Source of the DNA: Chrysochromulina tobinii
Taxonomy: Eukaryota
Direction of reading: 5' to 3'
Assembly (NCBI GenBank): GCA_001275005.1
Contig: JWZX01002696.1
Span: 1 to 43,785, forward strand
DNA length: 43,785 bases
The notes under the pieces were generated by a model. It ran no database searches, was not told the DNA's origin, and saw only the letters and a list, made by a program, of their open reading frames with translations. A program made the translations under genes and the position numbers. Below are positions 1 to 9,633 of this stretch, piece after piece. Each line of letters begins with the position of its first letter. Within the stretch, counting starts at the first letter, position 1.

Positions 1-73
1 GGAGGGAGGGACGGGGAGTGAGGGCGGGCGGGACGCGGGAGGGAGGGAGGGATGGGGCCCCGGGATGGGGCGG
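1..73 (+). repeat. G-rich low-complexity tract (GGGA/GGGC units, two GGGATGGGGC copies); G-quadruplex potential
   Basis: Multiple GGG runs with short spacers; GGGATGGGGC at 49-58 and 62-71. Confidence 0.6.
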
Positions 74-223
74 ACCGGCGTACATTTGTGTGCGGTTACA
101 ACTAGTTAGCTCGGGGACCCCTGGACCCTTACCACAGCCATACTCGATCAGCAGCCGGGCCGGGCCGCTTAACGCTCAGCCCCGCTCGGTCGAATTCACA
201 CACGCGTCTGTCGTGTACATGCG

Positions 224-802
224 ATGAACACCAACGAGTCTTCATCGCGCCTCTTCATCGTCGCCCTCAGCCTCGCGGGATTGCCGCGCACATTCGCCAC
301 AACGCCGCTGCACGCTGCCGTCGAGCAAAACGACCCGACTGCGGTTCGCACCGCCCTGGCCGATGGCGCCAACATCAACGAGCTCTCCGAAGCCGGCCAG
401 ACGCCCCTCTTGCACGCGGCGGAGGCGGACAAGCTGCGCGCGGCGGCCTCATTGATGAAAATGGGCGCCGACGCGTCCATCCGAGGGCCTACGGCGGATG
501 GCTCGCTGCACCTTCCGCCGATGCACGCGGCCGCTGCCAAGGGCCACGCCAAAATCATCAAGATGCTCCTGCGCTACGAGGTCGATGCCATCGGGGTGGA
601 GTCGGATGGGCTGGCGCCGATCCATCGAGCGAGCCTCGGTGCCGACGCCGGGCATACGGACGCGGTCTTTGCGCTCCTCGACGGCAATGTGCCGCCGGAT
701 CAGCCCACGAGCGATGGGCGGCAACCGATCCAGCTGTCGGGCAATGGCAACACGAGGCAGCTGCTGAACGAGGCGTTGCGGGAGAAGCGAAGGAGAGGAT
801 GA
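224..802 (+). CDS. Ankyrin-repeat protein (192 aa), possible N-terminal signal peptide
   Basis: Ankyrin motifs TPLHAAVEQND, GQTPLLHAAEAD, PPMHAAAAKGHAKIIKMLL, GLAPIHRASLG; hydrophobic LFIVALSLAGL near the N-terminus. Confidence 0.85.
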   Translation: MNTNESSSRLFIVALSLAGLPRTFATTPLHAAVEQNDPTAVRTALADGANINELSEAGQTPLLHAAEADKLRAAASLMKMGADASIRGPTADGSLHLPPMHAAAAKGHAKIIKMLLRYEVDAIGVESDGLAPIHRASLGADAGHTDAVFALLDGNVPPDQPTSDGRQPIQLSGNGNTRQLLNEALREKRRRG

Positions 803-895
803 GGAGAGATTGCGCTGTGTATTTCGTTCCGTTTCGTCCTTCATCGAACCATCAGAGGCTGTGAATGAAAATGGCCCAACACAACGCGACCTGAT

Positions 896-2245
896 ATGGC
901 GAGTCCGTCGTCCGCGCTCCTCCATCCGGCGTGGGTCGTCCCGGCGCGCCGCACCTTCGTCGCCCGGTTTCTCAACGCATTCGTGTGCTGCACGTGGTAC
1001 CTGTGGCCGTCCGCGTTCCGGTCGCCTTCCGTCGCCAAGCTGCGTGCCTTTGCTGGCTTCCCGAAACTGCTCGATCCCTTTGAAGACCGTGACGCCTTCG
1101 ACCTCATGTACGAGCGGCAGTGTGCGCTCGCGCGCGAAGGCGGCTCGGGAAACCACCAGCTGAGCCAGCTGGGCGTGTTCATGGTTGCCATTGCCGTTCT
1201 CGTCAACATCCGAACCCGCAAGGAGATGGCGAGCGCGCCGCCGCCACCTCCGGGGCCGCCTCGCACTCGCGTCTTCATCGGCGGACCCTTTCGCACCGGC
1301 ACCACGCTGTTGCAGCGACTGCTCTCCGTCAACGCTGCCTGCAAGTCCTTCTCGCTGCGCGAGTTCAGAAACCCGATCGCACCCGGCCGCACGCCGATTC
1401 AGGGGCTGCTGAGCATCATCCGGCTGCTTGCGCCGCATTTGCTCTCCATCCACCCGATGGCAATCGACGAGCCCGAGGAATGCATCTTCTTGCTGCACAT
1501 GTCAGTGCCGCTCACTGGCCTCTTCACCGTCGTCGCGCCCGTGTGCGAGTGGCACCAGGAGTTGCTGCCGCACATGCCCACCGCGTACGCGTGCTACTCG
1601 GAGCGGCTCGAGCGTGTGGCGGCGCTGTACGCTTCACCGGCGCAGACGCACCTGATCCTCAAGTGCCCGTGCCACGGCTATTTCATCGACGCTCTGCACG
1701 CGAGTGGCAGCGGCACGAGGGAGCAGCAGCGCCACGGCGAGCGCTACTGCATGCTGCGCACTTATCGGCGCGACCTTGTCTCAGTGGCCGGCTCGCTCGC
1801 CTCGCTCATGCGCGCGATGCACGACGCCGTCTGTGTGTGCGTAGACCTCGCGGCCATCGAGGAGGTGGCCGTGCAGTCGGTCGTGATGCAGCTCGGCCAG
1901 CTGCGGCGCACCAACGAGCTTGCCAAGCAGGATCCGCGCATGCTGGTCATTGACGTCGACTTTGACGATCTGGTCACGAGGCCGTCGCCCACGATCGAAG
2001 CCGTGTGCGGGCTGCTCGGGCTGCCCTTTGACACGCAGTCGACGGCCGCGATCCTGGCCCAGGCAGAGAAGAGCCGCAAGCAAAAGGACCGCTACGCCTC
2101 GTACCACGGCTGGAAATTGCAGGAGCGCTCGATCGCCATGCTCAGGCAGTGCGAGAAGGAGATGGCCACCCTATACGATCCAATCAAGGTGGTGCGCGCG
2201 GGAGATGGAGGGCGAGAATGGTATCGGACGAGGGGGTTCTTCTGA
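896..2245 (+). CDS. PAPS-dependent sulfotransferase (Sulfotransfer_3-like), 449 aa
   Basis: 5'-PSB loop VFIGGPFRTGTTLLQRLLS; PEEC; LILKCPCH; 3'-PB-like RRDLVSVAGSLASL; VDFDDLVTRPSPTIEAVCGLLGLPF. Confidence 0.85.
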   Translation: MASPSSALLHPAWVVPARRTFVARFLNAFVCCTWYLWPSAFRSPSVAKLRAFAGFPKLLDPFEDRDAFDLMYERQCALAREGGSGNHQLSQLGVFMVAIAVLVNIRTRKEMASAPPPPPGPPRTRVFIGGPFRTGTTLLQRLLSVNAACKSFSLREFRNPIAPGRTPIQGLLSIIRLLAPHLLSIHPMAIDEPEECIFLLHMSVPLTGLFTVVAPVCEWHQELLPHMPTAYACYSERLERVAALYASPAQTHLILKCPCHGYFIDALHASGSGTREQQRHGERYCMLRTYRRDLVSVAGSLASLMRAMHDAVCVCVDLAAIEEVAVQSVVMQLGQLRRTNELAKQDPRMLVIDVDFDDLVTRPSPTIEAVCGLLGLPFDTQSTAAILAQAEKSRKQKDRYASYHGWKLQERSIAMLRQCEKEMATLYDPIKVVRAGDGGREWYRTRGFF

Positions 2246-2311
2246 TTCCCTCTGCAAGCTACTTCTGGCACTAAAAGATGAAAGTTCTGAAGCCCCTTTT
2301 GCACCTGCGGA

Positions 2312-3224
2312 ATGAAGGGAATGCGTCGCCATTCGTTAACCCTGCCGGTAACGGCGCTGCCAGCCTCGCCGCTCGTCGCGTTCAACGCTTCCGGCAGCTC
2401 TCTACAAACAGGGCTGACCCATCTTTTCCGCCGGAAGAGTGACATCGATCGGTCGCCAGCTGCCAGCTTCCGGTCACTCTGCCGCTCTGGCAAGTTCGGC
2501 GGACAGACCTCCGGCAGCGTGCCGGGATTCGTGCAGGCCAATTTCGTCGCGGTACACCAAGAGCACGCCTTCAACTTTTTGCGGCTTCTGCCTTTTGAAT
2601 CCACGAGCGTGTCCGTTGCTCGATGTCACCGCACCCGGCGATTCGGTCCCGCACACGCTCGCACCAGGCGCCGATGTCCGCTCGGATCTGCCCAAGTACC
2701 TCGTGTGGAAAGATGGCGAGGTGGTCGAGGAGCGATCAGACGTGGCCGATATGTGGGGCCATGATACCGTCGGCTTCCTGCTCGGCTGCTCCTTCAGCTG
2801 GGAGCAGCTCTTGGTGGACGCTGGCCTACCTCCGCGGCACATGGAGCAGGGTTGCAACGTGCCCATGTACCGGACATCCGTGTCCAACACGCGCGTCGGG
2901 CCGTTTGGAGGCCACTTGGTGGTCTCGATGCGACCCTACTCGCCCAGAAAGCTTGGCCTCGTCCGTGAAATCACCTCGCGCTATCCCGGCGCGCACGGCG
3001 GGCCGATCCACTGGGGTGATCCGAGCGCGATCGGTGTGTGCATCGACGGCGAACCCGATTTCGGCGACAAGGTCGTCGTCCGAGACGACGAAGTGCCCGT
3101 ATTCTGGGCGTGCGGCGTGACACCGCAGGAGGCCCTCCGCGCGGCGCGCCTTCCTTTTGCGATCACACACGCTCCTGGTCATATGTTCGTCGCGGATTTG
3201 GTCGACAGCGAGCTTGAAGTTTGA
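2312..3224 (+). CDS. DUF1445/UPF0317 (D-glutamate cyclase-like, YcsI-like) protein, split by a +1 frameshift at about 2583-2585
   Basis: First frame gives GQTSGSVPGFVQANFVAV..HAFNFLR. The next frame continues FCLLNPRACPLLDV..ADVRSDLPKY..FLLGCSFSWE..NVPMYRTS..VVSMRP..AHGGPIHWGDP..PVFWACGVTPQ..THAPGHMFVAD. Removing one base gives a 303-aa ORF. Confidence 0.85.
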
Positions 3225-3459
3225 GGCAAATACTCTGGCGCGCCGCGCGGCGGCAGAGGACCGTCAGTGAAGAAGCAATAATACACCTTAATTTGTACCT
3301 TGAACACTGCTGCTCATCTTCGACTTTAACTTTTCCTTCTCCGTTCTGGTGGGCAAGTATCTGGAAGGGCAACCCTGCTCGCTGCTCTGGACGGTTCGTC
3401 CTCGCCTTGACGTCTAACCGTAACAGCTAACACAGCCGAGCTCTTAACGGCCAACTAAT

Positions 3460-5466
3460 TCAGAAGCGGATGCCCGCTGCCTCGAGCGAGTCGGCGCACT
3501 GCACCGGATGGCGCGCCAGGTAGGCGTGCTGGTGCACCTGCGCGTTCGCGAACTTGGCCGCAAGCGCCTTGGCACGGCGGCAAAGCAGGATCTGTGTGAG
3601 GTCGTACGCGTTGGCGTGCTCGGGCCCGTGCGGCCGCTGCCATAGAAAGGCGCGATGCACGCGTGCGAGCTGGCGCTGCATCTCACACAGCTTGGACTGC
3701 GGCACGGCACGCAGGATGGCTGGCAGCCGCGGGATGTCTGCCTTGGTCAGCATCAGCGCAAATGTCGAGTACGCGTACGGAGTGCCTTCAAGGAGATCTT
3801 CAAAGGGTTGCGTCACGTTGGGCTGGATGATCACGGGCACGCACTGCGTGACGATCGCGAGCGAGAGGCGCCAGCCCCAGCCCCAACCCGAGGGCGCGAG
3901 GCAGAAGCGCGAGGCGCGCAGGTCGCCGAGCGTGAACTTGCCGCCGAGCACGAACTGAGTCTCGTTCCTGTGAAGCTGCTGAATCGCCTGGCGCACCCCC
4001 TGTGAGTACTCGACCCGCCCCATGTTGGACATCGAGCCGCCCATGAAGAGCAGCACCTTGTACGTGGTAAGGCATCGGAAGGACGCCTCGGTGCCGGGCC
4101 GGGGCAGCTTGGCCTCCTCGGCCGCGCCGAGGCTTGCGTCCACGGGCACCACCACGTCCTTGCCCGGCACGTAGCAGTCGAGTTCGAGAGCCTCGTTGCC
4201 GGTTTTGAGCGAGTACGCGTTGTTGTGACGGTTGGGGCCCTTGCGTGGCCACATGAGGCGCTCCTCGAAGCCGAAATAGCCCTCTGACGCGCGGAAGCCC
4301 AGGTATCCGATGATGATCGAGTGCTGCAGCGCCCAGGGCTTCCAGCAGCCCGAGCGGTCGGTCGTGAGGAAGAAGACATGATCGGCGCCCGCGGAGCGGT
4401 TCCAAAAGGGATACTCGTGTTGGAGCTTGCGCTGCGTCTCGCGTAGAAACTGATAAGGGTGCCACAGGTTGCCCGCCATCTGCATCACCATCACCGGCAC
4501 GAAGAAGAGTGCTGCCTCCTCCGGGTCCGCCACGATCGAGTCGCGGCGGCTGTGCAGCTGGGCGGCGAATTTCAGGTTGGCGTAATACTGTCCGCTGCGC
4601 AGCTGGTCGCGCTGGTAGACGGCTTCGAGCGAGTAGTCGGTGGGCAGCGGATAGACGTACATGGGCGCGTACTTGCGCGCGGGTGCATCACTCTGTGCGG
4701 CGGCGCTCGGCGGCTGCGCGAGGGAGCAGTCGAGCCCTCGCCAGCCTCGCTCGCACAGGCAGAAGCGGGCGACGCACGCCCCGTGCCCGGAGCAGCTGTT
4801 GAAGCAGAAGCCCATGTCGACGATCTCGCAGCCAGCACCGCTGTAACCGGCGTGGCAGACGCATGCGGGCGCCGGTGCGATCAGCGCGTCGCGCGGACGC
4901 GGCCCGCTCAGCGGGAAGCGCTCGACCGACCCCTCCTTCCGCTCGCCGAGCGGCATGAGGCAAGTGCCGCGATGTGAGCACGCGGACGGACAGCGCGCAT
5001 TGGGCAGAGGAGAGCCGCCCAGCATGTTGGTCGCACGGCGCAGCGACCGTTTCATACCCTGCGCGCACCGCTGGGGTGGGTCAGGCTTCGCGCACCTCCC
5101 CATCGGAGGCCAAGTGGGCGTGCGGAAGACGACGCTGTCCGTTGTCGCCGGGAAGTCGGAGAGGTTGGCAGTAATCCCTTTCGGACGCACCGACTCATTG
5201 GCCCAGTCCCAGCACAAGGGTGGGTGACGCCGCGCCACGCCGCCCATGCGCCGTTCACAGGCTGTGCGGCACTCGCACGACATGAGGCCTACGAAGGTCA
5301 TGCACGCCATCTCACCCGCCTCGTGCAGCCGGCACGGCCCGAAGTGCAGTTGGCTGCAGTCAACGCCCGAACGGCCAACCTCACAGATGCAGCGGCCCAC
5401 CGAGGTGTCGCAGTAACCTCCGCGCCCGCACGAGGTTGGGCAAGAAATAGGACCGACAAGCGTCAT
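3460..5466 (-). CDS. Exostosin-like glycosyltransferase (GT47) with N-terminal EGF-like repeats; 5' end uncertain (frame open to 5610, first ATG at 5466)
   Basis: EGF-like CPTSCGRGGYC..CICEVGRSGVDC, CPSACSHRGTC, CFNSCSGHGACVARFCLCERGWRGLDC; GT47 motifs MYVYPLP, DPEEAALFFVP, PFWNRSAGADHVFF, YSQGVRQ, SRFCLAPSGWGWG, CVPVIIQ..QPFED. Confidence 0.9.
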   Translation of the reverse strand: MTLVGPISCPTSCGRGGYCDTSVGRCICEVGRSGVDCSQLHFGPCRLHEAGEMACMTFVGLMSCECRTACERRMGGVARRHPPLCWDWANESVRPKGITANLSDFPATTDSVVFRTPTWPPMGRCAKPDPPQRCAQGMKRSLRRATNMLGGSPLPNARCPSACSHRGTCLMPLGERKEGSVERFPLSGPRPRDALIAPAPACVCHAGYSGAGCEIVDMGFCFNSCSGHGACVARFCLCERGWRGLDCSLAQPPSAAAQSDAPARKYAPMYVYPLPTDYSLEAVYQRDQLRSGQYYANLKFAAQLHSRRDSIVADPEEAALFFVPVMVMQMAGNLWHPYQFLRETQRKLQHEYPFWNRSAGADHVFFLTTDRSGCWKPWALQHSIIIGYLGFRASEGYFGFEERLMWPRKGPNRHNNAYSLKTGNEALELDCYVPGKDVVVPVDASLGAAEEAKLPRPGTEASFRCLTTYKVLLFMGGSMSNMGRVEYSQGVRQAIQQLHRNETQFVLGGKFTLGDLRASRFCLAPSGWGWGWRLSLAIVTQCVPVIIQPNVTQPFEDLLEGTPYAYSTFALMLTKADIPRLPAILRAVPQSKLCEMQRQLARVHRAFLWQRPHGPEHANAYDLTQILLCRRAKALAAKFANAQVHQHAYLARHPVQCADSLEAAGIRF

Positions 5467-5623
5467 CGATCTCAAGCCCGAAAAGGTCAGCTCTGGGGAA
5501 GCGCGGTTGGAAGTCGTTAGAAGGTGGACCGACGAGCGAGTACTTCCAAGGGGTACCTGTAGCTGTTCGCGCCCGGAAGCAGCGCTCCATCGCCAATGTA
5601 TGAAAGACAAGAGCTTTTGTCTT

Positions 5624-6598
5624 CTACACTCCTGGCCCCACTCCTCTTACTCGACTACGAAAGGCTCCACGCTGCGTGGTCCAGTCCTCATCATCCTCAT
5701 CCTCGTCCACATCTCGAGGCGGCGCAGCCTGCTTGAGCCCAGCAAGGAAATTGTCAATCTGCTCATTGATCGCATCTCCGTCCTCGTCGGATTCGGCCTC
5801 TGCTCGCTCCTTCCCTTGCGGAACCTGCACCGCCACCTCGCCATCCGTGTTCTCGTCGTCGCCGCGACCGTCACCGCCGCCCTGCGCGCCACCCTTTCCA
5901 GGGTTGCTCAGGCTCGGCGACTCGACGAGAACAATAGTGCCTTTCATGCAGGTGACCTCATCGCGTAGGCTCGTCGTGCCGATTGGCAACCGGCTCGTGT
6001 CAAGGATCCAATTCATCCCTGGCCGCAGCAGCGGCGACGGATCGTAGCCATCCACATCCACTTGCAGCATGTGGTTGAGGTCGCCACCGGCTTGAACGCG
6101 GTAGCGGATGCGCCGCCCCGGCTCGACGGTCACGAGCGATGGCACGAAGGCACGGTCCGTGACATTGACCTCGAACACTGGTGGCGGCAACGCCCCGCCC
6201 AGAGTCTGCTGGCGCGCGAGCTGCCGCCCGGGCGGGCCAGCAGAGGCGGCAGTGCCGCCGATGCTGTAGCCGCTGCTCGTGCTACTGCAGCTCCTGGAAG
6301 CAGTCGCCGTTGCTGCAGCTTTGGGCGATGAGGGTGGCATGCTGCCGTCCGAAGAGAATGCTTCCGCGCCGGAGATGGTGCTGCAGGAGGATGCCGCGCT
6401 GCTGGAAGATGGCATGCTGCTGACACTGCTGACACCATGGGCCTTGGCGGCTTGCTCACTTGTGGCTAGGATGCTGACAGCATATGCGGTATTTGCAGCA
6501 GCTAGGCCCTTGGATGCGGCTGCCTGCCGTACGGGTTCCGACCACAGCCTGCCGGGGTCCGGCTCGGCGATAGTTGTAGTGCTACCGCCGGCGCCCAT
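5624..6598 (-). CDS. Putative N-myristoylated protein with a degenerate cupredoxin-like domain (324 aa)
   Basis: N-terminus MGAGGS; cupredoxin-like VNVTDRAFVPSLVTVEPGRRIRY..NH..SPLLRPG..CMKGTIVLV; Ser/Ala-rich linker and acidic tail. Confidence 0.6.
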   Translation of the reverse strand: MGAGGSTTTIAEPDPGRLWSEPVRQAAASKGLAAANTAYAVSILATSEQAAKAHGVSSVSSMPSSSSAASSCSTISGAEAFSSDGSMPPSSPKAAATATASRSCSSTSSGYSIGGTAASAGPPGRQLARQQTLGGALPPPVFEVNVTDRAFVPSLVTVEPGRRIRYRVQAGGDLNHMLQVDVDGYDPSPLLRPGMNWILDTSRLPIGTTSLRDEVTCMKGTIVLVESPSLSNPGKGGAQGGGDGRGDDENTDGEVAVQVPQGKERAEAESDEDGDAINEQIDNFLAGLKQAAPPRDVDEDEDDEDWTTQRGAFRSRVRGVGPGV

Positions 6599-6943
6599 TC
6601 AAGAGGACGGGCGGGCGGCGGTGATTATGGACAAGAAGCAGCGCGGGCGCGGGCGGCGGTGATGATTGGATGGCCGGTTTTTGTAGGCACAAACACATGG
6701 GTGTGTGAACAGTGTGTGAACCTGTTTCACTGCATACTTCAGCATGGCGTGTGACATGTGTGAATGAAATGGCTTCAGGTTTCACCTCCGCGTTTTTGCT
6801 CCGCGTCGACGTCGAGACGGCACTGTGTGTCGGACAAAACGCGCGAGCCGACGACCGTCGCCGCTGACCATCGTTTGACAGAGCCGTCCATCGAGAGACA
6901 GGGCCCGTCAAAAGGCAGAGCTCGCTAGACGGCATATCGTGCA

Positions 6944-8155
6944 ATGGACCGCGCCGCTCTGTACAAGCTCGTCGTGGCGCAGCTCGCGGACGATGGCTAC
7001 CACGGCGCCGCGCAGGCCGTGTCGCAGGCGACCGGCACGCCTGGTCCGTCGGTGCTTTCACTGCCCTCGCACGCACTGCACGGCCTGCTCAGCGGCAGCC
7101 CGAAGGTCGACGCGCTCGCTCCGGCCGTGTCGCTCTTGCGCAGCCCGGCAGTTGCGCCGTACCGGCCTCGCATGGCAGAGAGCGTCGGCGCGCACCGCGC
7201 CGTCGTGCGCTTTAGCGCTGACGGCAAGCAGCTCGCGGTGGGCACTTCGGACGGACTGGTGCACGTGCTCGACGCGGACGCGCTGCTGGCGGGCAAGGGA
7301 TCGGCTGAGAGTGCGATGCGCCGCTTCACGGACCATGCGGCTGCGGTCAACGACCTTGACTACCACCCGTCGGGCAAGCAGCTCGTGTCCGCATCCGACG
7401 ACAACAACCTGCACTTCTACGACGTGGCATCAGCGACCGCGCACAGCGTGCCGCTTCGCACGTGCACGGACACGCACCCGGTGCGTTCGGCGGCCTTTCA
7501 CCCAAAAGGAGATCACCTGCTCGTGGCGACCTCTCATGCGGCGCTCCACCTGTACGACATCGCCACGTTCCGCTGCTTCCTCTCCCCGGACGGCCAGCAC
7601 CATCAGCATCCGCTCACCGAGGCGCGCTGGGCCGCCGACGGTGCGTGCTTCGCGTCGTGCGCGGCGGGTGAGGTCAAGATATGGGACGGTGGCACGTGTC
7701 GATGCCTCACGACACTCCACCGGCCACACGGCGGCACGTCCGTCGGCTCGGTGCGCTTCTCGCGCTCGGGCCGCTATTTGCTCACGAGCGGCGCGGACTC
7801 GGCGGTCAACCTGTGGGACGTACGCATGCTCCGGGGTGGGGGCGGCGGCGGCGGCGCCAAAGGCGGCGGTGGCGTCGGTCCTGCGCCCTTGCGCGTCTTT
7901 GAGGGGGCCTCGCAGTCGGCGGCGCGGCGCGTGGCCGCCTTCTCTCACGACGAGGCGCTCGTGCTCTCAGCCGACGAGACGACGGGCGCGGTCGTGCTCT
8001 GGTCGTCGACGACCGCCGAGCCTGCCGGTCGCTGCCTCGGTCACACGCGCCCCGTCTTCAGCCTCGCGCACGCGCCCACTTGCGCCGCGTTCGTGAGCAC
8101 GGACGAGGAGGGAGCGCTGCGCGTGTGGGCGCCGGGCGCGGTGCCGGGCCGGTGA
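6944..8155 (+). CDS. CSTF1: Cleavage stimulation factor 50 kDa subunit (CstF-50), WD40 protein
   Basis: N-terminal dimerisation motif DRAALYKLVVAQLADDGY; WD repeats resembling CstF-50 (VRSAAFHPKGDHLLVATSHAALHLYDIATFRCF, VKIWDGGTCRCLTTL..HGG, VRFSRSGRYLLTSGADSAVNLWD). Confidence 0.88.
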   Translation: MDRAALYKLVVAQLADDGYHGAAQAVSQATGTPGPSVLSLPSHALHGLLSGSPKVDALAPAVSLLRSPAVAPYRPRMAESVGAHRAVVRFSADGKQLAVGTSDGLVHVLDADALLAGKGSAESAMRRFTDHAAAVNDLDYHPSGKQLVSASDDNNLHFYDVASATAHSVPLRTCTDTHPVRSAAFHPKGDHLLVATSHAALHLYDIATFRCFLSPDGQHHQHPLTEARWAADGACFASCAAGEVKIWDGGTCRCLTTLHRPHGGTSVGSVRFSRSGRYLLTSGADSAVNLWDVRMLRGGGGGGGAKGGGGVGPAPLRVFEGASQSAARRVAAFSHDEALVLSADETTGAVVLWSSTTAEPAGRCLGHTRPVFSLAHAPTCAAFVSTDEEGALRVWAPGAVPGR

Positions 8156-8576
8156 AGTGAAAACCGATCTAAACATCTATACACCCGACACGCGGCCGGA
8201 CTCACTCTATAGAAATAGATACGTACGTATCGAAGGCGCTCTGGACGGTCACTCTGACCGACCCATAGCATTTCGACGCGGGCACGCGCGCCGGCGGCAG
8301 GGGGTCGGGTCGCACGGCAACACGTCGGCGCATCGATCGTGCCGCCGGGGGCGGGGGGTCGAACGGTAGCCGGACGAGCGGGAGCGGGGACAAAGAATTG
8401 CGATTTGGAGCGGGGGGACGCCGGCGGGGCGACCAGAGTACCGTGAACTATTTCTATTATCCGATCCACGACCGCTTCTCCCGCCGCGCCGCCCGCGCCG
8501 CGCCGCGTAGCGACCGGCGGTAAAGGTACAAGCGGCACATCCCGCCTGGCTATACGAAACGAAACGAAATCGAGAA

Positions 8577-8622
8577 CCGCGTCTGACATGGTATGATTCG
8601 TCTGCTAAGCCGCGTCTGACAT
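8577..8622 (+). repeat. 13-bp direct repeat CCGCGTCTGACAT x2, just downstream of a (CGAAA)3 tract
   Basis: Copies at 8577-8589 and 8610-8622; CGAAACGAAACGAAA at 8555-8569. Confidence 0.6.
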
Positions 8623-9633
8623 CGGAGGTACAGCCGTATCCCCAAATCGCTCATTCTGAACCTCAACCCGTTCAGTGATTGGGCGCGGCGTGGCTGTAGG
8701 CTGCCAAGGGCCACCGCGTGTGGAGAGTGGGACTGCTAGACTGCCTGCGCCCACGACAATGCTCTCCCGGGCCGCACCCGTAGCGCTGTGTTGGGCTTGC
8801 GAGACGCTTCCATCGACGCTGCCCTGCTGACTGCTCACGCAATCGAAGACCCTCACCACCCCCGACTGGAACTCAACCTTTCGAGGGTCTGATGGAATTC
8901 AGATCAGCATTTCTTGCGCCACCGTTGCGAGCTTTTCGGGAAAGGCGAGCGCTCGGCGGTGGCGTCGTCCGCAATCTCGCCCTGAATCTCGCCCCCAGGA
9001 TCACGCGGGCCTCCGTGAGACTCGTCCTCGTCGTCAACGGACCCTCCTTGACGCGAGTTGAGTCCGTGGACGCCCGTTGACCCCTTCAAGTCCGTGGACC
9101 CACCGGGCTCGGTCACGCCAACAGGCTCCGCCGCCGAAGAGATGATGCGCCGTGACCATCCAAAGGCCGTGCCAGACGCGTCGCGGAGGTCTGCAGTGCT
9201 ACTGACTAGGAGCGGCTTTTTCGTACTGTACCGGTAATCGGCAGCGCCAGACGCCTCGGGCTTGACCACCGTGCAGCCCTCCGCGGAGTAGACGACGCGA
9301 GTCTGGACGGACAGCGGCATGATGGGCGTGGCTGGCTGCGAGCACCCGCCAGCTTGCACTGGTATTGGGCTCGTTCGGCCCGAAGCTCCCTGTGAAGCTC
9401 CCTGGGAATCACCCTGTGCATCCCCCTCTGGGCTGGAGAGGGAGGGAGGGTCATTCGGCTCTGGCCCAATGGCCCGGCAGCTCGGGCGGTGACTCGTGTG
9501 GAGCTCGGCACCCGACACGACGCCAGGCATGATGCTTCCAGATGGGACCTTGGCGAGGAAGCGCGTGAAGCGAGAGCGCCACTCATGCGAGCGGCTACCA
9601 TCGCCCTGGACCCGAAGGGCCGCCCCGAAGTCC

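Noticed and set aside
1..73. Telomeric repeats at the window ends
   Set aside because: G-rich but irregular, with no TTAGGG-like periodic unit; both ends are G-rich on the same strand
896..5466. Sulfated-polysaccharide gene cluster (sulfotransferase + GT47)
   Set aside because: Only two loosely related genes, separated by DUF1445 and on opposite strands; both families are large in algae, so chance adjacency is likely
8041..8859. Small ORFs in the CSTF1-DYRKP gap
   Set aside because: No domain similarity; the region looks like UTR or repeat-derived sequence
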